Program-made: the position numbers and the translations under genes
The notes under the pieces: generated by a model
Seen by the model: the letters and a program-made list of their open reading frames with translations, nothing else
What the model was told of the DNA's origin: nothing
Databases searched by the model: none
In this document: positions 56,152 through 64,000 of the stretch, piece after piece
Layout: each line of letters opens with the position of its first letter
How positions within the stretch are numbered: the first letter of the stretch is position 1
From: Minisyncoccota bacterium
GTDB lineage: Bacteria > Patescibacteriota > Minisyncoccia > Phycocordibacterales > UBA5272
Direction: 5' to 3'
Assembly (NCBI GenBank): GCA_018063165.1
Contig: JAGOQU010000003.1
Coordinates: 19,268 to 83,267, forward strand
DNA length: 64,000 nucleotides

Positions 56152-58692
56152 ATGTCTTTTATTTCCAAGCTTTTCCCCGACGAATCAAAAAAACTTATTA
56201 AAACCCTAGAACCTATAGCAGATAAGGTTTTTTCTCATGAAGATGTTTTAAAATTGCTTTCTGATGATGAACTTAAAGCAAAGGGTGTTGCTTTGAAAGA
56301 AAAGGTGATGAAGGAAATAGAAGGTCTTTCTGGTGAAGAATTAAAGAAAAAAGAAAAAGACGTTTTAGATGATGTGCTTCCAGAAGCATTTGCACTTGTT
56401 CGTGAAGCGTCACGCAGAACTCTTAAAATGATGCATTATCGTGTACAGGTTGTAGGAGGAATATTGCTTCATCGTGGTCATATAGCAGAAATGAGAACAG
56501 GAGAAGGAAAGACACTTGTGGCAACACTTCCTGCATATTTGAATGCACTTACTGGTCGTGGTGTACATATTGTTACTGTAAACGATTATCTTTCTAGACG
56601 TGACGCTGTATGGATGGGGCAGGTATATGACGCGCTTGGTCTTACTAGTTCTGTTATCAATAATCAATCTTCTTTTATGTATGACAGCACTCATTTGAGT
56701 GAAGAGGAAGAAAAAGATGATGATATTGCACGTGCTGAAATAGGGTCATACAAAGTGGTGTATGATTTTCTTAAACCATGTGGAAGACAAGAGGCGTATA
56801 GAGCAGATATTACGTACGGAACCAATAACGAATTTGGTTTTGATTATTTGCGTGACAATATTGGTTATAGTAAAGATGCTATTGTTCAACATACACATCA
56901 TTATGCAATAGTTGATGAAATAGATTCTATTTTAATAGATGAAGCACGTACACCACTTATTATTTCTGCGCCATCAGCAGAATCTAGTGATATGTATATG
57001 AAGTTTTCTCAAATAGCACAGGATCTTGTGGAAGGAGATGACTATACTGTTGATGAAAAACAGCGCGCTATTGCTCTTACTGAAGAAGGTATAACAAAAG
57101 CAGAGACATCACTTGGTATTTCTAATATATATTCTGTTGAAGGAATGAAATATGTGCACCATCTTGAAACCGCTGTAAAAGCAAAAGCACTATTTCTTCG
57201 TGAGCGTGAATACGTAGTAAAGGATGGAGAAGTAATTATTGTTGATGAATTCACTGGTCGTATGCAACCAGGACGTCGTTGGTCAGATGGAATACATCAG
57301 GCTGTAGAAGCAAAAGAAGGTGTAAAAATAGAACAAGAATCAAGAACACTTGCTTCTATTACATTCCAAAACTATTTCCGTTTTTATGAAAAGCTTGCAG
57401 GTATGACAGGAACAGCTGAGACATCTAAAGAAGAATTTTATAAAGTGTATGGTCTTGTAGTAACTCCCGTGCCTACACATAACCCTATACATAGAGTTGA
57501 TCATAGTGATTTTATTTTTCAATCAGAAAAAGGAAAATGGAAAGCTCTCGCAAAGAAAGTAAAAGAACTGCATGCTAAAGGACAACCTGTACTGATTGGT
57601 ACTATTTCTATTGAGAAAAATGAGGCAGTATCTGAATATTTAAGACATGCTGGTGTTCCTCATACTATACTTAATGCTAAGAATCATGAAAAAGAAGGAG
57701 AGATCGTAGCTGCCGCAGGAAGAAAAGGTGCTGTAACAATTGCAACAAACATGGCGGGTCGTGGTGTTGATATTAAGCTTGGCGGTCCACAAGCAACTGA
57801 TTCGGAACATGAAGATGTTGTAACTCTTGGAGGTCTCTTTGTTATTGGAACAGAACGTCATGAAGCTCGTAGAATCGATAATCAGCTTCGTGGTCGTTCA
57901 GGAAGACAAGGGGATGCAGGAGAGACACAGTTTTTTGTATCTCTTGAAGATGATCTTATGCGTGTGTTCGGTTCTAATAATATAAAGACAATGATGGGAC
58001 GTTTTGGTATACCAGAAGATGAGCCAGTGTCTAGTAAGATGGTGTCGCGAGCTCTTGAAGGAGCTCAAGAAAAGATAGAAGGGTTCCATTTTGATACACG
58101 TAAGCATACGCTTCAGTATGATGATGTTCTAAATCATCAGCGTACAAGTATTTATACCAAGCGTCGTAAGATTTTGTTTAATGATGAAGCGTTTACTGAT
58201 GAAGTAATAGCAGAGCTTATAGCAGAAAAGCCTGAGTTAGAAGAGATTTTTAAAGAAAAAGAGACAAGATATACCAAAGAAGCAGTGAGACATATACTTC
58301 GTATTATGATACTTCAGATTATAGATACATTATGGATGGAGCATCTTGATCAAATGGAACATCTTCGTAGTAGTGTGAATCTCCGTGCATATGGTCAGCG
58401 TGACCCACTTGTGGAGTACAAAAAAGAAGGTCTTAGAATGTTTAGAGGACTTGAAGCTTCACTTAGAGGAGAGCTTATAACATTTATCGAAAATATTGAT
58501 GGATTTTTTGCATCACAGCAAGCACAAGAACGTCAGCAAGAAAGTTTTGTACAAGTGATTCCTAGTGTTCCTTCAGGTGATTCTTTAATTGATTCACATA
58601 TAAAAGTAGGAAGAAATGACCCATGTCCTTGTGGCAGTGGAAAGAAAGTGAAGAAATGTGAATGTACAGAATACGAACATCTTAGAAAATAA
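56152..58692 (+). CDS. secA: preprotein translocase ATPase SecA
   Basis: DEAD-like motor motifs (MRTGEGKTLVATLPAYL, VTVNDYLSRRD), and C-terminal zinc-binding CPCGSGKKVKKC. The 56092 ATG gives a non-conserved extension, so M56152 is preferred. Confidence 0.95.
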   Translation: MSFISKLFPDESKKLIKTLEPIADKVFSHEDVLKLLSDDELKAKGVALKEKVMKEIEGLSGEELKKKEKDVLDDVLPEAFALVREASRRTLKMMHYRVQVVGGILLHRGHIAEMRTGEGKTLVATLPAYLNALTGRGVHIVTVNDYLSRRDAVWMGQVYDALGLTSSVINNQSSFMYDSTHLSEEEEKDDDIARAEIGSYKVVYDFLKPCGRQEAYRADITYGTNNEFGFDYLRDNIGYSKDAIVQHTHHYAIVDEIDSILIDEARTPLIISAPSAESSDMYMKFSQIAQDLVEGDDYTVDEKQRAIALTEEGITKAETSLGISNIYSVEGMKYVHHLETAVKAKALFLREREYVVKDGEVIIVDEFTGRMQPGRRWSDGIHQAVEAKEGVKIEQESRTLASITFQNYFRFYEKLAGMTGTAETSKEEFYKVYGLVVTPVPTHNPIHRVDHSDFIFQSEKGKWKALAKKVKELHAKGQPVLIGTISIEKNEAVSEYLRHAGVPHTILNAKNHEKEGEIVAAAGRKGAVTIATNMAGRGVDIKLGGPQATDSEHEDVVTLGGLFVIGTERHEARRIDNQLRGRSGRQGDAGETQFFVSLEDDLMRVFGSNNIKTMMGRFGIPEDEPVSSKMVSRALEGAQEKIEGFHFDTRKHTLQYDDVLNHQRTSIYTKRRKILFNDEAFTDEVIAELIAEKPELEEIFKEKETRYTKEAVRHILRIMILQIIDTLWMEHLDQMEHLRSSVNLRAYGQRDPLVEYKKEGLRMFRGLEASLRGELITFIENIDGFFASQQAQERQQESFVQVIPSVPSGDSLIDSHIKVGRNDPCPCGSGKKVKKCECTEYEHLRK

Positions 58693-58698
58693 CTTTAT

Positions 58699-59178
58699 AT
58701 GAGTGAAGAAAAAAAATCTTTACAAGTATCTGACTCAGGTATAAAAGTTGTCGCTGTTTCTGGTGGTTTTGATCCTGTTCACATTGGTCATGTGAGAATG
58801 TTTAAGGAAGCAAAAGCTCTCGGTGATAAGCTTGTTGTTATTATTAATAATGATAATTGGCTTAGAAAAAAGAAAGGTCAAGAATTTATGAAAGAGGAGG
58901 AAAGGAAAGAGATTATAGAATCTTTTGCTTGTGTTGATGAAGTATATATTACTACACATGAAATTAACCCAGAAGATATGAGTGTGTGTCGTGAATTACG
59001 AATAGTAAAACCAGATATTTTTGCTAATGGTGGCGATAGACACGCAGATAATGTTCCTGAGGTTCTTGTGTGTAAAGAAATAGGGTGTGAGCTTGTATAT
59101 GGAATTGGAAAAGGAGGAAAAGTGCAGTCGAGTTCGTGGCTTTTAGAGAGACATAATAAGAGAGAAGGTAAGAAATAG
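58699..59178 (+). CDS. cytidylyltransferase-like nucleotidyltransferase (RfaE domain II / RibL / TagD-like HxGH family)
   Basis: VAVSGGFDPVHIGHVRMFKEAKALGDKLVVIINND matches the (H/T)xGH nucleotidyltransferase signature and the RfaE-II/RibL pattern. 159 aa. Confidence 0.65.
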   Translation: MSEEKKSLQVSDSGIKVVAVSGGFDPVHIGHVRMFKEAKALGDKLVVIINNDNWLRKKKGQEFMKEEERKEIIESFACVDEVYITTHEINPEDMSVCRELRIVKPDIFANGGDRHADNVPEVLVCKEIGCELVYGIGKGGKVQSSSWLLERHNKREGKK

Positions 59179-59309
59179 GTTGTTTTTATAGAGAACAACG
59201 TCATGTATTTGGTTAGTTATTTCATGGTTAATGATATATACTTTTTGTATAAAAGAATGTGTAATTATTTTCTAATGTAATATGTGTTATTGGCTTTTTT
59301 TAAAATTGT

Positions 59310-60011
59310 ATGTTTAAAATAAAAAATATGTTGTATATAATTTTGGGTCTAGTACTGTTTTCTGGTATTGTAGCTGCTTCTGCTTTTTATGCTGGGCGAG
59401 TCTATGAAGCTTCATTATTATCTAACGACAGTGAACATGCTGATGAAAATCTTCCTAAGAAACCAATTATATATTTGTATCCTTCGAAAGAAACAGACGT
59501 ATCTGTTAAAGTGTTGTATAAAGGTGATTTGACACACACATATCCAGAATATGGTAACGGTTGGAAAGTTAGAGCGTACCCTGACGGTAAGATATTAAAT
59601 GCTGTTGATGGTAAAGAGTATTCTTATTTGTTTTGGGAAGGTGTAAGTAAAAAACCTGTTGTATATGATTGGTCAAAAGGTTTTGTGGTAGAAGGTAAGG
59701 ATGTGAGAGAGTTTTTGCAAAAGGTTCTTTCAGAAAAAGGTCTTACACCTAAAGAATATAATGAATTTATTGTATATTGGTATCCAAAACTTAAAGATAA
59801 TACATATAATCTCATACATTTTGCCTCACAGGAAGAATATGACGATAATGCACCTTTAGTGATAGAGCCACAACCTCAGTCTGTGCTTAGAATATTTATG
59901 GCATACAAATCTCTTCCTGAGCAAGTTTTTGTTACACCTCAAGAAATAGTACCATTTGAAAGAAAAGGTTTTACAGTTGTTGAGTGGGGTGGTGATGATG
60001 CTTCATATTAA
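59310..60011 (+). CDS. hypothetical secreted protein
   Basis: N-terminal signal/anchor, 233 aa. No motif recognised. Confidence 0.45.
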   Translation: MFKIKNMLYIILGLVLFSGIVAASAFYAGRVYEASLLSNDSEHADENLPKKPIIYLYPSKETDVSVKVLYKGDLTHTYPEYGNGWKVRAYPDGKILNAVDGKEYSYLFWEGVSKKPVVYDWSKGFVVEGKDVREFLQKVLSEKGLTPKEYNEFIVYWYPKLKDNTYNLIHFASQEEYDDNAPLVIEPQPQSVLRIFMAYKSLPEQVFVTPQEIVPFERKGFTVVEWGGDDASY

Positions 60012-60041
60012 AATTATTTAATATATATTAAACTTTAAAGT

Positions 60042-60653
60042 ATGCTGGAGACACTATTTTATAAAAAAAATGCAGTGTTCAGATTTATTTTTTTCTTTAT
60101 TTTTTTTAGTACCTTTTTTTGTATATTATTTTTTTTGGAAGTAAGGTTGTTATATTTAGTTTTTATTTTTGTATTAATGATGTTTCCTGAGTTTATTCGA
60201 TTTATAATAGATATTTTTACACGAATTTTTATAAATGATGAATATCTAGAAAAAAGAGTGTTATTTTTATCTTGGAAAATTTATCATAGAAACGTTAATT
60301 CAATTGAAATATGTGAAAATTCAGAATGGATTACCGGTAACTCTGGTGGTGATTTTTATGAAATTTATATAAAAGAAACATCTGGAAAAAAAGTTACGAT
60401 TAGGTTAGATAAACTCTTAGATGAAGATATAATAAAACTTTTTAAATTCCTTGTTAGTCATGTTGATTCTATAAAAAATGATAATGATTTTATTGAGATA
60501 TCTAAAGGTGATATTTCGTATGAGAGATTAGATAAAATATGTTCTCGCGGAGATCATGATCTTAGTCCTAGGGCTACAAAGATTTTTTTAATTTGTTCAG
60601 CTATTGTAACTATACTTTTACTTTTTATACTTTTTAAATATGGAACATTTTAA
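60042..60653 (+). CDS. hypothetical membrane protein (very AT-rich gene)
   Basis: Two N-terminal TM helices, a soluble middle, and a C-terminal TM. Composition is more AT-rich than its neighbours. Confidence 0.4.
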   Translation: MLETLFYKKNAVFRFIFFFIFFSTFFCILFFLEVRLLYLVFIFVLMMFPEFIRFIIDIFTRIFINDEYLEKRVLFLSWKIYHRNVNSIEICENSEWITGNSGGDFYEIYIKETSGKKVTIRLDKLLDEDIIKLFKFLVSHVDSIKNDNDFIEISKGDISYERLDKICSRGDHDLSPRATKIFLICSAIVTILLLFILFKYGTF

Positions 60654-60841
60654 TTGTGCTAAAATAATATTTTGTAAATGAAATATAAAACGTTGGTTAT
60701 AAAAATACATTATTTGAGTAGTTTAGAAGCGGATTTAGCAAAATAAAAATAATATCTCCAACACACGTCCTTTATGGTATAATTTTAGTATTCAAATTTG
60801 TGTGTTTATTTTCTAAAATCTAATCTCAAATATCTTCCATT

Positions 60842-62122
60842 ATGAAAGACTTTATTAAGTTCGTCGTGTTACGTATCATTACGTGGGAGGCAAAATTGGT
60901 ACTTGCAAAGCATAAACCATTTATTATAGGTGTAACTGGTAATCTCGGTAAAACAAGTACAAAGGATGCTATTTATGCAGTTATGAAGCAACAGTATTAT
61001 ACTCGCCGTAGTGAAAAGAGTATGAATAGTGAGTTTGGTGTACCTCTTACTATTTTGGGTCAAAAGTCTGGATGGAATAATCCAATAGAGTGGATGAAAA
61101 TTATAGTAGATGGTTTGTTTGTTGTTTTTCAAAAGAATTATCCAACACATATTATTCTTGAGATTGGTGCTGATAGGCCTGGTGATATTAAAACTATAGC
61201 AGAATGGATAAAACCAGATATTACTGTCGTTACTCAATTTGGACAAGTTCCTGTTCATATAGAATTTTTCCCTGATAGAGATGCTGTTGTTACAGAAAAA
61301 GGATATTTGGTTGAAGCAATTAAAGAGAAAGGTGTTTTTATTTTTAATGCAGATGATCATGATGCTCTAAAATTATTAGAAAAAACTCAGACAAAAAAAG
61401 TAAGTTTTGGTATCCATGAAAAAGCTGACATTAAAGCTTTGCATATAAAACAATATGGTCATCCAATACAAGGTACTGAAGCCGATATTGTTATCGATGG
61501 AAAAAATAATCATGTCGTTCTTCCTGAAGTAGCTGGAAAATCTCCGGTGTACTGTGCTTTGCCAGCGCTTGCTGTAGCAAGAGAACTCTCTATATCACTT
61601 GAAGTGGCGTGTGCTGCACTACGCGACGCTGATAAACCAAGGGGAAGAATGAGACTTCTTAGAGGTATGAATGGATCTGTTATTATTGATGACACATATA
61701 ATGCTTCACCAAAAGCAACCGAACACGGTTTAAAGACGTTGAATGAAATGCATACTGTTGGTCGTAAAATTGCTGTCATAGGAGATATGCTTGAACTTGG
61801 AACACATACACGCGATGAGCATTATAAGATAGGTTTAGAAGCATCAAAATGCTGTCATAAATTATATACCGTTGGAATACGAGCAAGAACCGTAGCTGAA
61901 GGTGCTCTTGACGGAAAGATGAATGATGAAGACATTATGCAGTGTGATACTGCTATAGATGCAGGTAAAGAGCTTGTACAGGTGCTTGGTCCACATGATA
62001 TTGTATACATGAAAGGATCTCAAGGTGTTCGTATGGAAAGAACAGTAAAAATGATACTCGCAGAAACACATGACCCAAAACAAGTACTTGTAAGACAGGA
62101 GAAGGAATGGCTTAATAGATAA
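60842..62122 (+). CDS. murF: UDP-N-acetylmuramoyl-tripeptide--D-alanyl-D-alanine ligase (Mur ligase family, MurF-like)
   Basis: P-loop IIGVTGNLGKTSTKD, and DDTYNASPKATEHGLKTL (cf. MurF DDSYNANP). Confidence 0.8.
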   Translation: MKDFIKFVVLRIITWEAKLVLAKHKPFIIGVTGNLGKTSTKDAIYAVMKQQYYTRRSEKSMNSEFGVPLTILGQKSGWNNPIEWMKIIVDGLFVVFQKNYPTHIILEIGADRPGDIKTIAEWIKPDITVVTQFGQVPVHIEFFPDRDAVVTEKGYLVEAIKEKGVFIFNADDHDALKLLEKTQTKKVSFGIHEKADIKALHIKQYGHPIQGTEADIVIDGKNNHVVLPEVAGKSPVYCALPALAVARELSISLEVACAALRDADKPRGRMRLLRGMNGSVIIDDTYNASPKATEHGLKTLNEMHTVGRKIAVIGDMLELGTHTRDEHYKIGLEASKCCHKLYTVGIRARTVAEGALDGKMNDEDIMQCDTAIDAGKELVQVLGPHDIVYMKGSQGVRMERTVKMILAETHDPKQVLVRQEKEWLNR

Positions 62123-62145
62123 TATATATTGAAAATGTTTTTATG

Positions 62146-62181
62146 AAAGAAGCGACCTTGTAAAGGTCGCTTCTTTTTTAT
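62146..62181. terminator. bidirectional hairpin terminator
   Basis: aagaagcgacc-ttgtaa-aggtcgcttctttttta. Confidence 0.65.
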
Positions 62182-62333
62182 TTCCTTTTCTTACTTGTTG
62201 TAGATTTTCTACATTTACTACTGCAGAATTTTACATGTTCCCAATCTTCTCTCTCCTTAAAACTTTTCACAGTGTTTAAGTCTATTTTACACACAACACA
62301 TTTTTTGTTTGCTTTACTTATTTCTTGTGACAT
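62178..62333 (-). CDS. 51-aa zinc-ribbon protein (DUF2256-like: CVVC ... CSSKC)
   Basis: Small ORF MSQEISKANKKCVVCKIDLNTVKSFKEREDWEHVKFCSSKCRKSTTSKKRK with two CxxC pairs. Too short for the ORF track. Confidence 0.3.
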   Translation of the reverse strand: MSQEISKANKKCVVCKIDLNTVKSFKEREDWEHVKFCSSKCRKSTTSKKRK

Positions 62334-62385
62334 AGAAGTGTAAGATTAGAGTATCATAATAAACGTGTAGTATCTAGACACTTTT

Positions 62386-64000
62386 TTACTTTGTTGATGG
62401 TGCTACTTTTTCTAGTAAACCATACGTAGATTTAATAAACATAAGTAGTTTTTCAAAAAGATTATTTGTTTTTATTTCTGTAACAGGAGTTGTTGTTGCT
62501 TTTTGAAGAACAAGCTCTTTGTAAGTAAACGTTTCCACCTTCTTATATATATTATTTTGTGGTACTTTTTCTATTTCACTATATATGACAGGTTGTATGT
62601 TTTGAAGTTTATTGAGAGTATTTCTTGTTTTTGGTCCGACTATACCCGTTAAAGGAGATATTAAATGATCTTTCTGGAATAGCATCACAGCATTTTGTGT
62701 TATTGGTCCAAAGTAACTAGTAATTGTTCCATATGTATAATAGCCATAATATGTTAGTAATTTTTGTAACGCATAAACATCTTTTCCTCGATATCCAATT
62801 GTCATAGTTCTTTCAAATAGATATTTTTCAGGTTTTTCTAAGGATATTTCTAGTGTAGGTTCTGTTGAGGTAGATACTTTTTGATTAGTTGATGTTGCTT
62901 TGATTACAGTTAACTGCGTGCTGGTTGAAGTTGTTGTACTCACGATAGGGGTTACAGGCTGTGTATACCAACCACTACCACTAAATGACGATCCTCCTCC
63001 TAACGGTTGTGCTATTACAGAAATTATAAATGTCTTTGTGGACGTATTTCCTGCTATGTCTGTAATAGTAAGAGATGTATTATATGTTCCTGTTGTGCTA
63101 TAGGTGTGAGATTGAACAATTGTGCCAATTGAAGTGGTTGTGCTTGTTAGTGTTGTTGAGTCACCAAAATTCCAAACGTATGTCCAAGTTTCAGGGAGAC
63201 TACTTGAAGCATTTGGGTCAGTACTTATATCTCTTAAAGTTGCAATTAAGTAATTGGTTGAAACTGTAACATTAGCTTTAGGTTTATAATTAATAATATC
63301 TACTAATGATACAGGTGTTGTTGTTGAAACAGTTGTTGTCGCACCTCCTGTAAAGATTTCACCACTTAATATTTGATCATTAACAACTACAGCATTAAAG
63401 AATATCGCATTTTCTATTGTTGAACTTGAAATAGTGGTTCCAGATAAGATCACATTAGTAAGTGTGCTATTTGTTGCGGTAGCATTATTTAATGAAGATC
63501 CTATGTCTATTGTACTGTTAGATAAATTTGAATTGATTACACTTGCACCTGTTGAAGTACTGTTATTTACTGTTGAACTTGCAATTGTAGAACCAGAAAT
63601 TATAGAAGATGTAACAACTGTACCATTTGTTATTGTTGAAGATGCTAAAGTGCTTAATGAAGATGAACTATTTGTAAGTAATGAATCATGTATTGTTGAT
63701 GTTGCAATATATGCATTTGTTGAAGTGGAATTTATAACATCAGAAACATATATTTCTGAAAAGAGAATAATCGATCCTGAAACGTCATTAAGAATTCCCA
63801 CTGGGTCAACTATAGAATCTGTTATTTGACAATCTGTTCCTCTGTAATTTTTGACGAACGAATTTACAACAGAACATTGTGTTAACTCAACATTTTCAAA
63901 ATGTGTACTCGTTGCTTCTACATTTATTAGAGAGCTACTTGCAATAATAACATTAAAGAAATTTGAATTTGTTATAGTTGTTTCTCCAAAAATATTATGT
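62386..64000 (-). CDS. large surface protein, N-terminus beyond the window: parallel beta-helix-like N(x)T/S-rich repeats + PKD domain + C-terminal peptidoglycan-binding (PG_binding_1-like) domain
   Basis: The listed ORF start at 63801 is a GTG (Val) inside a continuing reading frame that is open to the window edge. PKD pattern WNFGDSTTL...HTYSTTGTYNTSLTITDIAGN. C-terminal YRGKDVYALQKLLTYYGYY...FGPITQNAVMLFQKDHLISPLTGIVGPKT PG-binding pattern. Confidence 0.7.
   Translation of the reverse strand, partial: HNIFGETTITNSNFFNVIIASSSLINVEATSTHFENVELTQCSVVNSFVKNYRGTDCQITDSIVDPVGILNDVSGSIILFSEIYVSDVINSTSTNAYIATSTIHDSLLTNSSSSLSTLASSTITNGTVVTSSIISGSTIASSTVNNSTSTGASVINSNLSNSTIDIGSSLNNATATNSTLTNVILSGTTISSSTIENAIFFNAVVVNDQILSGEIFTGGATTTVSTTTPVSLVDIINYKPKANVTVSTNYLIATLRDISTDPNASSSLPETWTYVWNFGDSTTLTSTTTSIGTIVQSHTYSTTGTYNTSLTITDIAGNTSTKTFIISVIAQPLGGGSSFSGSGWYTQPVTPIVSTTTSTSTQLTVIKATSTNQKVSTSTEPTLEISLEKPEKYLFERTMTIGYRGKDVYALQKLLTYYGYYTYGTITSYFGPITQNAVMLFQKDHLISPLTGIVGPKTRNTLNKLQNIQPVIYSEIEKVPQNNIYKKVETFTYKELVLQKATTTPVTEIKTNNLFEKLLMFIKSTYGLLEKVAPSTK

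Overview
This is an AT-rich bacterial fragment, roughly one-third GC by eye. It is compact, almost entirely coding, with many bidirectional hairpin terminators. The gene content suggests a small-genome, cell-wall-associated bacterium of the Candidate Phyla Radiation (CPR)/Patescibacteria type. That call is an inference from four things: a minimal glycolysis/pentose-phosphate cluster (gap, rpiB, rpe, split tkt, pfkB kinase, class II fba, malic enzyme); a short ValRS and other shortened core proteins such as a 115-aa ATP synthase delta; many secreted or anchored proteins carrying peptidoglycan-binding (PG_binding_1-like) domains; and very low GC.

Housekeeping content includes TatC, GAPDH, UvrB, Tgt, MnmA, and a divergent ZIP transporter/Fur-family regulator pair followed by Bcp peroxiredoxin and a DsbA-like oxidoreductase. 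There is an F-type ATP synthase operon (atpB ... atpE-F-H-A-G-D-C), oddly interrupted between atpB and atpE. Also present are the translational GTPases TypA and LepA, MurJ-like and MurF cell-wall genes, SecA, Hsp20 and ValRS. RNA genes are RNase P RNA (rnpB), tRNA-Phe(GAA) and a probable tRNA-Arg(CCU). No rRNA, CRISPR array, integrase or transposase was seen.

The most unusual features are:
- (i) A single-gene island of about 0.7 kb with roughly 50% GC, inside otherwise roughly 33% GC DNA. It has its own textbook sigma70-like promoter, a 15-bp inverted repeat in the 5' UTR and a hairpin terminator, and its product was not recognised.
- (ii) Two tandem 0.83-kaa mosaic surface-protein paralogs that share 100%-identical blocks and identical terminators. 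The first carries a G9 homopolymer tract in its promoter, which suggests phase variation by slipped-strand mispairing.
- (iii) A SET-domain methyltransferase next to a 39-aa lysine/alanine-repeat histone-H1-like peptide.
- (iv) A recurring ATGCAA-N5-TTGCAT dyad at two metal-gene promoters.
- (v) A fused L,D-transpeptidase/S11 D,D-carboxypeptidase.
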